Below, one piece after another: positions 46,083 through 58,569 of a DNA stretch of 64,000 nucleotides (its first letter is position 1; every line of letters starts with the position of its first letter). The DNA comes from Caecitellus pseudoparvulus. Lineage: Eukaryota > Protista > Bigyra: Bicosoecida. A program made the position numbers and the translations under genes. Where the stretch lies: the NCBI GenBank assembly GCA_965644315.1, contig CBFFRQ010000068.1, positions 744,001-808,000 of the forward strand. Reading direction: 5' to 3'. The notes below the pieces were generated by a model. That model was not told the origin of the DNA. It did no database searches and was given only the letters and a program-made list of their open reading frames with translations.

Positions 46083-47231
46083 ATGGCTGCTTCTGCGAAG
46101 ACTGCGATGCAGCTGCGGTACGAAAAGGAAAAGGGACACCTTGAGTACGCACCTGGTGAAGCTTTTTGACTGCATGTGCAGTGGGTAATTCGAAACCCGG
46201 ACGACGCGGAAGCTCTGCTGGGTGGCCTCGCTCGCTGTGCAGCCGCGACGCAGCGAGACACGCCCTGCACGCCGCTGTACTTTTTCCGGGTGTCGCACGA
46301 CCAAGAGGCTGCGGAAGATATGATCCGAAGTGTGAAGACTGTGGGGGACCACCCCCACTACAAGCCAGCCTTTAAGGCCATGCAAATGGGCATTCCGCTG
46401 CCTGGAGCCGCAGCCCGGCTGACGGCGCAGCACATGCCGGTGGAGCCGCTGCACTGGGGCGCAGACACACCACTGGAAGGGCGCGAGGAAGAGCTCGCCT
46501 TCAACCCCGTCGTGGTGGACTTGACAGAGGTGTACCTGGACTCCCGAGCCTTCATGGAGCACGTGGAGAGCGCGGACTACATGGCTGGGTACGGCGAGGT
46601 AATGAAACCGCAGCGCTCCCTCAAACCATACTCACAGGTCTTGGGCACACCGACAAAGGAAATGATAGACAGCATAATCGAACCCGTTCTCAAGGCCGAC
46701 TGGGTTGCCGGGGACACGCCTGGGCTCTGCGGGGTGTGGTTCTGGCCCAGGGGCGGCGGGGAGGATGCAGCGACTGCGCTCCTTGACGTGGACGTGTTGC
46801 CGGTGCCCCCAAGTGCCGCAGACGGGGGCGATGCAGCGCCCGATGCCGCTTCTGTACTGAAGCCAGCATCCCCCCCTGCGTGGCGAGAGGCTGTCACAGC
46901 TCTGGCAGAGGCGGTGCAAGCCACCTGCCTCATCGTCACACCTGCCGCGTGCAACGCAGCCAAACACCGCGTGATGGTGGCCTTCACAGTCACTCCACTG
47001 GCAGAGGCTGCACTGCGGGGTGCGCTGGAGCAGCTCTGTGCTGCTGCGCCTGTCTCCGGCCGATGCACGTCTACTGGGGACGCGGCACTACCTACTGTGG
47101 AGGGCGTGCTGAGTGTGACGCAGAGCAGCTTGGGTCCACGCGCCGCCGGGTACGCCGTGCACCCCTTGGCATCCCTTGTGTCAGAGGTGGAGGGCATAGC
47201 GTACTCTCGTGCCGGCGCTGCAAAGGCGTGA
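46083..47231 (+). CDS. ABM/dimeric alpha-beta-barrel-like protein with in-frame TGA at codon 29
   Basis: ATG 46083 is in frame with ORF 46176-47231, interrupted only by TGA at 46167-46169. ABM-like pattern: LHVQWVI..AEALLGGLARCAAATQRDTPCTPLYFF..LTEVYLDSRAFMEHVESADY. Confidence 0.65.
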
Positions 47232-47373
47232 CCATGGTGAATGCATTGCATGGCGTGTGAAAACACAGGTGAGGGTGCGCGTGGTTACTGCTCCGGCGAT
47301 GCGCTGGCGCCGAAGCAAGGGGGGATCGCCCCCTGGACGGTGGAGTTCCCTCTCCATCTTGGAAGTATCAAAT

Positions 47374-50300
47374 CTAGCCGTAAATGTCGTCCCCTTCCTC
47401 GTCCCCCGCAGTCCCCTTCGTAGGGTACGAGAAGGCAAAGGATGCCGAGGGGCCCCGCGTCAGAGCGCCAGTGGCGACGGCACGTGTGGAGGCAGACATG
47501 CCTGCCAGCACATTGCGCACCTCCACGACGCTGCGCTTGCCTGGCAAGGAGCCGGGCAGCGTTGGCATGGACCTGCGCCGCACATCAGTGGCTGCGGGGG
47601 TGGAGCTGCTCAGGTTCCGCATCTGCAGGGAGGAGGGCGCCGGCGCCCCGCCACGGACTGGCGAGCCGCGAGTGGGGGACGCCCGCCCACCTTTGAACGC
47701 GAAGGACAAGCTCGCTGGGCTGCTGCCCGATGAAGGCGGAGCCGAAGCGGTGGCGGGGTTGGGGATGACGACGTCGTGTGAAGACGCCTTGGTTAGGGTG
47801 ACGGGTGTCGTCGAGCGCACGGTGGAGTCCGTGGCTGCTCGCTTCAAGATGGAGTTCTCCGATGCTTTGGCATGGCTGGTGGTCATGCCAGTGGTATCCG
47901 CCCAGGGGGCCCTCGGAAAGGGATGGCCGCGCCTCTCCGCTTCCACGTAGCCGTCAATTTCGTCCGCCAGGAACTCCAGGCGGGAGTGCTCCAACGCCAG
48001 GTCAAAGGCGAAGCCAGCACCCAGGGTGAGGATGACGACAAACCAGAAGGGGGCGCGACTCATCATGGCCAGCACGACGCCGTAGTACTGCGGCGCGACG
48101 CTGAAGATGCTGGAGTAGCCCAGCAGGAAGATGAAGTACCCGAGGATGGACAGCCAGAAGAACAGGTGGTTCGGCCAGGCCCACGTGGTGGTGATGTTGG
48201 GCAACGCCACTTTCAGCTGCATGGCCAGGACGAGGCAGGTGAATGTGGTCTGCCCAGCCACACTGAGCCCATCCACGAGACCGTCCGGGGACCAGGATGG
48301 CCCCGCCGGAGCGTACGTCGCCCACGGCAGGAAGAAGACGATCATGGCGTAGGCGAAGGCGTGCATGAGCCAGCCAATCATGGACTTAATGTTCAGGTTC
48401 ATGTGGTACAAGCCGGACATGTACACTTCCGGCCGCGAGAGCACCGTGCGCTTGGACAGGTCCCGGTCGAAAAGCCCGACCATGATGATGGGCAGGCCCA
48501 AGAAGAAGTTGTACCCAGAGTACACCAGGGACTCGAAAAAGGACGTCCCAGAGAAGCCCGCGAAGGAGTTGAAGCAGAAGAGGGTGAGGGTGATGACGAC
48601 GTTCTTGTAAAAGGAGTACAGCACCACCTTGCACATGCGCACGTACGACCAGCGCCCGTGCACCAGCAGCAGCGGCTTCAGGAACCGGAACTGGGCGATG
48701 GCGAAGTCTGACGCGTTCACAGCTTGCAGCCCCTCCTTTCCAGAGATGCCCACTCCGACCTCCGCTTCCTGGATCATGTTCACGTCGTTTGCACCGTCGC
48801 CGATGGCCAGCGTCATGGGCCGCGGCTTGATGCCGTCCTTCACCATGCCGATGACGTTGGCCTTCTGGCCTGGGGACACTCTGCACGCGATGACAGCCTT
48901 GCACAGCGTGGCGGTGATGAGGAACTTCTTCTCCCGCTCGGGGTGCCCAATGATGTGGTACAGCGCCGCCCCCGTCACCACCACAGCCATGTTCGTGCGC
49001 ACCTGCACGTCTGGCGCGACGAGGGGAGACAGCGGCGCGTCTGCTCCAGGCGACGCTGGACTGCCCTGCCCCATGCCGGGGGAGCCCCCTGCATCATCAC
49101 TGCCCCGGATGATGGCGGCCGCAGAGCCCGCCTTGGACTCTGCTTGGCTGTGCGCGCGGGCCAGCTTGGCCTGGATGGTGCCAGACTCCATGGAGGCCAT
49201 GGAAGGGCCTGTGCTGGGCACGACCGACACTGCTTGTGTGTCATCACCCAGCAGGGCAGCGGACGAGGAGGCCCGCGCCCGCCCTGCGCTGCCGCTGGCC
49301 TTGAGCTTCAGCTTGCGCTGGGAGCGCGCGCCGGGCAATTTGCGGGCGTCTCGCTTCAGCAACTTATCCAAGAAGGTGCGGGGGTCGTCGTGGATCTGCT
49401 TGAACTCGCGCGCCAAGGCGTCCAGCTGTGCCACCACAGCGCCTTCGTTCCCAGACACGATGCGGATGAGGTTTGCATCGGGGATGCTGGAGTCCAGCAG
49501 CTGGCAGGAACGGCCGATGTTGATGGCGGTCTCGGGCTTGTCCCCTGTCAACACCCACGTCTTGATGCCGGCCCGACCCAGGTCGCGGATGGTCTCTGGC
49601 ACGCCGTCTTGCAGCCTGTCTTCGATGGCCGTCGCACCCATGACAGTCATGTTGATCTCCGTCCTGGACGCCAGGGCTGCCAGCGCAGCGTCGCGGCCCT
49701 GGGCCAAGGCTGACGCCCGCTCGTATTCTGCCGCCCACGCACGGGCCTCCTCTGGCGGTAGCTCCCGCGACGCAACAACCAATGTGCGCAGGCCGAGGTC
49801 TCCCATGGCTGCCAGGTGCTCCACGAGCTGCTGACGGGAAGGCTCCACGTGGCAGTACTTGAACACTTCACTGTCTGCACCCTTGCACAGCAACACCACC
49901 CGGCCATCTGGCCTGCGCAGCACCACCGACATGCGCTTGCGATCCGCGTTGAACTCGTGCAAGCCCAGCCAGCCAAAGCGCTGGTCCTGTCCCCGAACAC
50001 GGATGGTCATGCTGTCGTGTGTGCGCTGGCGGAATTGGAAGCCCTGGCGGCCAGCAGCCTTCACAAGCGCACCCTCATCTGGACTCTCAGCCTGGTACGT
50101 CAGCTCGCCCTGGTCACTCCACTCCGGGACGACAGTGTGGCACAGCGCCAGCGTCTCGAAGAACTCCGACACCTGTGCCGGGGTCGCCTGAACACCCGGC
50201 ACGCTCCTGCCTGCCAGGAGCGCCGCACAGTTGGGGTCTGCGAAAGCCACGTCCTTGCCAGCCGAGGCGGGGGCTGCGTCACCGTACAGGGCGGCATCGT

Positions 50301-51952
50301 CGGCTGCCGCGGCGCCCTCGTCCCCCGACTCGCCGCCGAACTGCCCAAACATGGCTTGGCCTGTGGAGAACATCTTGAACTCCATGATGTTCCGCGTCAA
50401 CGTGCCTGTCTTGTCAGAGAAGATGTACTCGATCTGCCCCAAGTCTTGGTTGATGTTTGAGGTGCGGGCCTTGGCGGGCGTGTCGGTGGTGGGGTCGTAC
50501 ATGGACGCGTCCTGGTCCACAAAGTACGCCTGGACGTAGTTCACCATCTCCACCGTCACGTACAGGGAGATGGGGATGAAGTTGTTGAAGAGGATGAGGA
50601 AGGTGAACCACTCCGCCAGCCAGGAGGGGATGACGTAAATGGGCCCAGAGGTGGCGAGGTAGTACAGCTTGTTGTCGAAGACCGCCTGCCAGAGCACAGC
50701 TGCAATGGTGGTCAGGGTGCACAGCGCGAACTGCGCCAGGAAGATCACGCCCAGCAGGCTGTTCATGGTGCGCTCCACCTGTGACATCTTGGAGCGGGTG
50801 CTACCCGCCTTCTTCATGACCTTGGTGTCCTGCCCCGCATACACCACCATGCCCGCGATCCAGTGAGTGTTGCGCACAGATGACCCTCGCAGAACGACGT
50901 TCTTGTTCACCACTCCGCCAATGCCGACTGAGGGCACGTCCAGGCTGCCGACGAACTTCAGGAGGTCGTCGTTGGGGTGGTCACATTGGAAGGTTCCTGA
51001 GATGCGGGCCAGGTCAGACTTCTCAGGGAAGGCGTCAGCGACGGTGCGCACGCCATAGCGCAGTTTCAGGTCTGTCTCGCCGTCAATGTTGGAGGTCTCC
51101 ACGTAGCACTGCGCGCCGGCCTCAGATGTCTGCAGGACAATCATGTCGGCGGGCACCTCCTCCCGGTCGGGGATGACGACGATGGTGCCCACGGAGAGGT
51201 CCTTCCACGCCACTTGGTCCATGCCCCCCCCCGGCTTGAGCACCGTGGCCAGGCGGGTGTTCACTGCCTTGTCGCTGCGGTGGCGCTTGGCGTCCTCCAG
51301 CAGCTCCTTGAGCATGGAGATGGACAGCACCGCGACGAGGGGACCCAGCGTCGAGAAGGGCTGCAGAGGGGAGTTGAACACTTGGGGGAAGTATGTTCCG
51401 ATGAGCATGAGCATGGAAATGACGAGGAAGTAGATGTTGGCCGTCCTCCGAAATCTGAGTGCAAGGAAGAGAGAATGGTAGCGTGGTGCAGTGCACCAAG
51501 GCGTTGCTGCAGGCGCCGCAGGGACGCCCCGCCACAAGAGAGCACATGCACACGCCAGGGGTTTCCAGCAGTCAAAAAGCTGGGCTGGGTGGCCGACTTG
51601 TGCTGGGCCAGCGAGCGGGGCACGCCAGGCGAGACAAGTGGCGGTGGCAGCAGCTCACCACCCCCTGCAAGGAGCTTGGCACCTGTTCCCACACGCGCAG
51701 CACTCACTGCTCCAGGAGGGCCTTGCCCAGGAAGTTGTACCATTCATACTTTGCTGTCTTGATGCTATTCGGCTCCTGCACGTCCAGAGAGGGGTCTGTC
51801 TGCGGTCCGTTGATGACACCCACCCGCATCGGCCCTTCGGGCTCGGGGGTGCCGCACAGCGCTGCCCACGCCATGCTGTGGCAGCAGCACCCCGTGCCAG
51901 CACCGCGAGAAGACGAAGACGGAAGGAGAGGCGACCGTGCAGACCTGTCCAT
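47374..51952 (-). CDS. P4-type ATPase (phospholipid flippase)
   Basis: NSIKTAKY, IDGET, FIPISLYV, DKTGTLT, SPDE, CKGAD, TGDK, CRVSP and GDGAND, plus multiple TM helices. One ~250-nt 5' intron. Start approximate. Confidence 0.95.
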
Positions 51953-52434
51953 GTCCCTGCGCCTCACGTGGCGCGGTGGTCCTGGTGCCTGGCAGGCCCA
52001 GGGGCGTCCCCCCTCGTGGCGCCGCCAAAAGCGGCGGCGCTGCCAGGTCGGCGCTCCTGCGCCTGCAATGTGGGCAGTCCAAGCGCCCCACTCACGCGTG
52101 TGGGAAGCCCGGACGTGCTCCTGGGGGAGCTACAACTTGGCCTGCCCGGGCGTGTGTTCGCTTCTGCACCGGCCGACGCTGAGGGGGGGAGGGAGGCTTC
52201 AGCTTCGTGTGAGGGGGGGGTGGCATGGCTTGCCAAGCCCCCGCCTGCTGGCGCCGAACCGCGAGCACCGGCGTGCGCGCACCTGACACCCAAAAACAGT
52301 GCACAGCATCTCGCTTGCACTTGTGGGTCAGACTCACATCACCCCCCTGTTCCCACGCTCCGTGGGGCGCGTGCCTGCTGCCGGATCGGCGGCGGTGCGG
52401 TATTTGGCCTCAGACTCGGCAGACCAGCCCTACC

Positions 52435-55400
52435 ATGGCACAGGAGGAGGCTGGAACACTGTGGCTGACGTGCTTCGCCACAGCCGAGTTCGACGTTGAC
52501 TCGGGTCAGGTCATGCGCCATGTGTTCCCTGCTGGATCAGTGAGTGGCGCCTGCCCTAGCTCGCCGTCGCTGGCTTTGCCAGCAAGCACACGGCTCCCTG
52601 CTCTCCCTGCTCTCCCTGCACAGCTAACCCCCAGCCAAGCACACAAAGTCGCGTGCCTGGCACTGCCAGACTCCAATACTGGTCAGATGGGCGACTCCAT
52701 ACACAGCTTCCGCACCCGCTTGTGCGTATGCCAGGCTTGAACCGCACCACCTCAGCGGTGCACGTCACGACACGCCTCTCCCTCGCAGTGACGAGCGCCA
52801 GCTGCGCTCTGGAGAAGGCCACTTCCACAACTACACACATGGATGCTCATTTTTTCGCCAGCAGCGGGACGTAGCCCGCCGTCGTGGCTTCTCTCAGCGC
52901 GCCCTGGTCGTGGTGGCGCCTGCGCCGTACGTTGGCTTGCTGCGGACCATCGCCGGGCTGCTGGGCCAGCTGTACTTCCGTATCGGCATGACAGCGCTGG
53001 AAGCTGCATGGGGGGACGTGCAGAGGTGGCCAGCTCCCGTGCCTGGTGCATCCCTGGACCTGCCCCTGCTGGGGCAAGTGCTGCGCTTTCATGTCCCGTG
53101 GACGGGGCGGGAGGGGGCCAGCCTTGCGAGGCACGAGGTGCGAGGGGGGCAAGTACACCGCGCCCCGCCGCCTACAGGCCCCAGCCTCACCCTGGCCGAG
53201 GTGTTCGCGAGCAAGCACTCCGAGCTGCCTGGCGTGTTTCAGGAGATCGGCCTCTTCTCCACATTCCGCTCCCTCACGCCACACCTGTGGACTGTGTGGG
53301 AGCTGGTGCTGACTGGGCGACCTTTGGCCATTCTGGCACCGTCTCCTGACGCCTGCGGGGATGCTGTTATGGCTGCCATCTCCCTCATTGCACCGCTGGC
53401 CTTCACAGGCGACTTCCGCCCCTACATCACCCTGTACGACCCCGACTTTAAGCCTCTCGCCGCTACCATGAACGCTCCAGGGGAAGCGGCTGCAGCGGAG
53501 GCCGCAGCATCCATGTTTGGCTGGGCTGCGTCCCTCATGTCCCGCCAGAGTGCTTCCAAGCGCCTGAACTCCCCACGCTTGACCATGCCGTTGCCCAGAG
53601 CCAGGCCCACCGCCCTGGCTCTGCCCCAACCCGCCGCACAGCCACCAGCAAGGCGAGAAGCATCGTCTCCCCATCAAGAGGCCGCCAAGCCAGGTCGCTG
53701 GGTACCAGCCGCCTCTGCCGGGGTCCTGCCTGCCCTGCCCCCGCTGGGGGGTGGCTCCCTGCGGGGACCTGCCTACAGCGTGCCGGCTGAGGGCGCTGCG
53801 CAGCGTGCGGGCGGCAGTCGCAGCAGGCGGCGGCGGCTTCGCCTGCCACCTCCCAGCCCTGAAGTGGGCGCCCCCATCATCCTCGGCAGCACAAATCCCT
53901 TCTTCGCCAAGGCGCTCGCGCTGTGCCCCAATGCCCTGTGGCTGGGGTCTCGCCCGCCCCTCCTGCCCACGCCCAGCCCCACTTCTCTGCCTGCCGTCGC
54001 AGGACATGCTCGCAGCACAGCAGGTGGTGGTGCTCCCTCCCCTGCCTCGCCCCCTACCGCCCCCGATGAACCCTCGGACCAGCGCTCCCTGCCTCGTCCC
54101 GACTCCTTCATGTCAAGCGGGGGGGGTGGCGGCGGGGACGCTGCGGCGACTGACGAGGCTGACGTGCACACTGCCACTGCAGCTGAAGTAGCGGCGGCCA
54201 ATGCCGCTGCTTTGGCTGAAGTGGAGGGGGGCCCTGTCCCAATGGTGCACACGGCAGGCACCGCCGCCACCCGCTCCGTCACCCCGCCACCCGCAGGCAA
54301 GAGGCGCCTCATGACACCAGTGTCCCGCACCCTGCGCCGGGCAGCGTCAGGGCGTGCCGCACGAGGGAGCTCCTCCGTCAGTGCGGGCACCATGGATGCA
54401 CTGGATGAAGAGGGCGCTGCGTGGGACCTGCAGGCACTCTCCTCCGAGGTGATGCGGGAGCAGGCAGCGCAGAGCGCCAGCTACCCAACGACGCCAGCAG
54501 GCGAAGGGCCAGCCCCTGCCCCATCCCTCGCCGCGGCCCACGCTGCCTCCAGCACTGCCACAGTGGACAGTGCGGGTGGGGAGACCAGCGGGGACCTGGC
54601 CTCTGTGGTGTCCAGCACCTCCAGCACAGGCGTGACAGGGCGTGTGTTCCCGCCCCACATGCTCAGTGCGGCAGCTGCGGCGTACCACGCCTCATACCAC
54701 GCCCAAGCCAAGTGCACAGTGCTCAGTGCCCACGCACACCTGACCACAGTGCTGCCGGAACCAGGTGGCAGCAGTGACGACTCGCCCATGCTCGTGACGC
54801 GCCGCCAGCCCGCCCTGCCCTGCAACCAAGACATCCTCAGACAGCTGCTCCCGTTGCGGCGGGGAGATGAAGCCCAGCTGCAGGTGCGCCTGGTGCAGGG
54901 CGGTGCCATTCCCGTGACATACGGTGCCCAGGCCTCGGTGGGGGAGCTGCCTGCCCCCTCCCGGAGCGCCGGAGCGGGTGCAGGCACCAGCGTGCAGTTC
55001 CACGGCATGCTGCAGGGGGAGGTGCCTGCTGTGCTCATCAACAATGCCCTCTTGCGCCAGCACTTCCGGGGCCTGACCCAGGCCTTCCTGCGGCCTTTCG
55101 AGCGCTTCTTCTCTGTGGGCCGTGCGGCGGCCATCGCTGCCGAGGCTCACAGTGTGTCCATCCCCCCCGCCCTGGTGCGGGGCCCCTCATCCCAGGCAGA
55201 GCCTGGCGCGCCTGCAAGCCCCCAGCGCAACCCGGCACCGCACCGCGGAGGGGGCGCCGGGCAAGGCTCCGCATATGGCCCTTACGATGACCTGGCAGGG
55301 GTGCTGCTGCCTGCCTTTGATCGAGATGCGTTCATGAGCCAGCTGGCAGCCACTGGGCCGCCGGCTGAGCTGCGCGGGGGGGATTGGCTGCGCCTGTACA

Positions 55401-56506
55401 CAGACTTTGTGCGGGGCCCAAACTTCCCCAGCTGGTTCCACGCCCGCCGCGAGGAGGCCAAGCGCCACTTGCGGTACCTTTCCAGAGCCCTGCGCCTGTC
55501 CGCCACAGCTGCAGACATCCATGGCTCCATTGCACCTGGGCTGCTGGGTGCGTCTGCCGTTGGTGCGAGCAGCACCAAACTGTATGCTGCGCTTGAACCG
55601 TCTGAGGCAGCGGCGGCGGCGGCCAGGGCGTCCTCCCTCTGGTCTTCCATTCGCTCTGCGCTGCGTGAAGAGTACGGCGCTGAGACAGCTGACCCTGCCC
55701 TGCACGCTGCCATGGTCTCCCATGCTTCTGCTGTGTGGCCCTGGCTGCGCAGTACCACCCGCCAGGTCGTGAAGGATGCGGAGTGGGCCATGCTTCAATT
55801 CGGGGACACAGACAGCCTGTGGATTCTTCGAGACCTGGCCCAGGAGGACACGTCGTGTGTGACTGGCGTGCTCGAGGTGGGAGGGGAGGCCGCGGCACAT
55901 CCTGCCCCGAGACAGACGCATGCGAGCGCCGGCCCTGCTCATGACACCAGCGAGGACCTGCCCCACCCTGCCTCAGTTGACTTCGAGGGCACTGCGGCAG
56001 CCATTGCTGCGACCGCTGGAACAGAGCAAGATGCTGCGGCTGGGCAGGCTCGTGGCAAGGGTGCCGGTGGCAGCACTTCCTCTCCGGAAGCGCACAGCAG
56101 CGCGCCGGCGTCTCCATCGGCAGCAGCACCGACACATGAGCAAGCCGTGCCACACAGCAGCGAGGCTGCACCAGGCACTCCAGCCTCCCCTGACACTGAA
56201 TCGGCACAGTCTGCGCATGTGGAGGCCGTGCCCCTCCCCAGGCAGGGGCACGCACAGGCACCCACACCCCTGCCTACGACGCCCAGGGCATCCACAGCTC
56301 AGCCCACCACCACTGCCAGTGCAGCTCGGCGCCTGGAGGGTGTCATGAGTGTGCGAGAGTCTGCGCCCACGGCTGCCTTGGGCAGCAGGCAAGTGGTGCA
56401 CTTGGCTCAGGGGGGTGCTGGCTCCTCCACCCTCATGGGCGCTGGGGGGCTCATCGGCCACTCCACGTCCCACGGCAAGGCGCCCATCGTCATCCAAAGA
56501 AGGTGA
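52435..56506 (+). CDS. DENND6: DENND6/FAM116-like Rab GEF with long low-complexity inserts
   Basis: EFDVDSGQ, LALPDSN, FFRQQRD..RRGFSQRALVVV, WELVLTGRPL, DFRPYITLYD, LGSTNPFF and LRQHFRGLTQAFLRP; 2 introns. Confidence 0.88.
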
Positions 56507-56553
56507 ATTGATACCCACGTGGCACACGCAGTACAATGCAGGTGCACTCCTCT

Positions 56554-58569
56554 CTATTCTTCAGCAGCTGCCCCTTCACCACTGCTGGAGGTGGCTGTGG
56601 GTGCCAGCACGAACACACGGCCATGTGTGCCTGTCGGGTCATCATCCTTCCCCTCGTCTGCCGCGCTGCGCTGGGCACTGTCCCCCTCCTCTGTTCTCTG
56701 CCGCTTGTGGCTGCTTGGACCCTGCACAGAGCCTTGAGTGGCCACCACCACCACTGACCCCCGGGGCAAGCTTGGCAACACCGCCGTCAAGGCAGCATCC
56801 CACAGAGCCATCGCTTCAGCCGTGCCCCCGTCGCCCGACACCTGCACTTGTCCCTCGGCCACAACCAGCCCCGGACCTGCCCACACGTCCCCCCCCGCAT
56901 CCCGCGCGAGGGGACCGGCTCCACTGCTGGCCAGGCGCTGCGCGTGCAGTTTGATGCACTCCTTCACAGCCCGCGCAAGGACGCGAGCTGGATCGGCGGC
57001 GTCCAGAACACTGATAGAAGAGGCGGCCCCAGCCTGGTGCAGCTTCACAAACTCCGGCGACCCGACGAGGACAGGGCGGTACCACTGCGCCACACGAGCA
57101 GGAGGGCTGCCCGTCGACCCACCGCCGACGGTGCGGCTGGCCGTGAAGAGGGAGCAGGCCTTGGGAGGTGCTGGTCGAGCCATGTTGCCGCGGTAGAACG
57201 CCTTCTCGTCTGGGAAGCCGAACAGGGGCCCCTTGCTCACCTTCAGCAGAGCCAGGTCCAGCGCGGCACGGGCATCCTCCACACTGTCGTGCCCGCCCCC
57301 TTCGCTGATGCTCTGAATGTCTCGCTGCAAGTACCGCTTGGTCAGCCACCGCAGGCTGTTCTTGGACCCAGTCCCCGCGTAGTGTGGGTACAGCAGTGCT
57401 GTGTCCATGACGCGCAGGTGCACCAGCTGCAGCGCGTGCAGGTCATTCTCTAGGCTGTGCCCCACCAGGACCGCGCCCGGCCTTGAAGCCAGCAGAGCCT
57501 GGAACTTGCCCCGGGCTTCCTGGAAGGGAATAACGCCTGGTCCCGCCAGCATTTCGGCCGTGATGCCACTCCACTGCGTCAAGTGGTCCACGACAGGCAG
57601 CTGCGGCGCCACCAACACATCCAGCAGCACGCCCTCCTCGCCCGGCCCCACCACTGACAAACGGGCCAACTCGTGCCCCGCGGCAGTCTGCACCATCTCA
57701 CAGTCCACACCCAACAGGCACGCTTCCCCTGGCGAGGGCACAGCCTGCGTCACTGGGACGACAATTGCGTCGCCAGCGCCAGCGTCAGCGCGCAAAGCGG
57801 CTTGCAAGGCTGTGCAGTCTGCCTCGGCGCAGCAGGAACAGCTGTAGTGGTCCACTTGTTTCGGTGAGGGCGGCAGGGGGGCCGACTCAGGCAGGCGGCT
57901 GGCAACCATGGCAGCCAGAGGCCCAGGCGGCAGTGGGTACCCATTGCACAGCAGGTCAGCGAGGGAGGCAGTGTATGCGTTGGCTGAGAGGGTGCCTGAG
58001 GTGCTGCCGTCACGCCGCCGCTTGCTCCCGCCTGCGGAGCCGGCGGCTGCCGCTGCCACTGCCCCTGTCGCTGTGAGCGCGGCTGGCGGCTGGTACAACA
58101 GCAAGTTGGCAGCGGGCGTCGGGTTCCGCCGCCTGAACCAGCGCACTGCCTGTGACGCTGTCTGTTCCCCTCCTAGCGTGTCGCACTGTGAGGTGTCCAG
58201 GCTCGGCGCGCCAGGGGGTGTCGACGGGGACAGCAGCACCACCAGGACCCCTGACAGCAGCGCCCGGTTGCGCAGCTGGAGCCAAGGCAACTCCGGTCCC
58301 GTCCCGCTCAGGTATGCCAATAAGGACCGCACTTCGGCAGGAACGATATGCCCAACGCGGCGGCTGCCTTGGTCGGTGCGGGAGCACCGCGGTGCGCAGT
58401 GGCGTGCCAGCTCCCAGGCCGCCTCTTGTGAGGCAGGCGCTGCTCGAAAACAGGGCTGGAGAAAGCTGCCATGTGAAAGTTTGGACAAAAACTTCTTCAG
58501 AACCTTGCCCCCGGGAGGTGGAAGCAGAACATCTGAACTGACTGCCGCAGCGTCCTCGGCAGCAGCCAT
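56554..58569 (-). CDS. DEDDh RNA exonuclease (REXO1/REXO5-like)
   Basis: GVDCEMV, ELARLSVV, LTQWSGIT, LVGHSLENDL, DTALLYPH and GHDSVEDA. Confidence 0.92.
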   Translation of the reverse strand: MAAAEDAAAVSSDVLLPPPGGKVLKKFLSKLSHGSFLQPCFRAAPASQEAAWELARHCAPRCSRTDQGSRRVGHIVPAEVRSLLAYLSGTGPELPWLQLRNRALLSGVLVVLLSPSTPPGAPSLDTSQCDTLGGEQTASQAVRWFRRRNPTPAANLLLYQPPAALTATGAVAAAAAGSAGGSKRRRDGSTSGTLSANAYTASLADLLCNGYPLPPGPLAAMVASRLPESAPLPPSPKQVDHYSCSCCAEADCTALQAALRADAGAGDAIVVPVTQAVPSPGEACLLGVDCEMVQTAAGHELARLSVVGPGEEGVLLDVLVAPQLPVVDHLTQWSGITAEMLAGPGVIPFQEARGKFQALLASRPGAVLVGHSLENDLHALQLVHLRVMDTALLYPHYAGTGSKNSLRWLTKRYLQRDIQSISEGGGHDSVEDARAALDLALLKVSKGPLFGFPDEKAFYRGNMARPAPPKACSLFTASRTVGGGSTGSPPARVAQWYRPVLVGSPEFVKLHQAGAASSISVLDAADPARVLARAVKECIKLHAQRLASSGAGPLARDAGGDVWAGPGLVVAEGQVQVSGDGGTAEAMALWDAALTAVLPSLPRGSVVVVATQGSVQGPSSHKRQRTEEGDSAQRSAADEGKDDDPTGTHGRVFVLAPTATSSSGEGAAAEE

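Noticed and set aside
46118-46181. Short introns ending at AG 46181 that would remove the in-frame TGA
   Set aside because: Donors at 46118, 46145 and 46156 give 64, 37 and 26 nt. None is a multiple of 3, so all frameshift the ORF.
47763-47815. ATGA..GA hairpin resembling a SECIS on the + strand inside the flippase CDS
   Set aside because: The best pairing uses the GA bases in Watson-Crick pairs, the 3' GA is out of register for the G.A/A.G core, and it is ~530 nt from the ABM-like stop.
16380-56506. Apparent cluster of trafficking genes (AP4S1, PTEN, TRAPPC8, flippase, DENND6)
   Set aside because: They are interspersed with unrelated genes and belong to common functional classes, so chance is sufficient.
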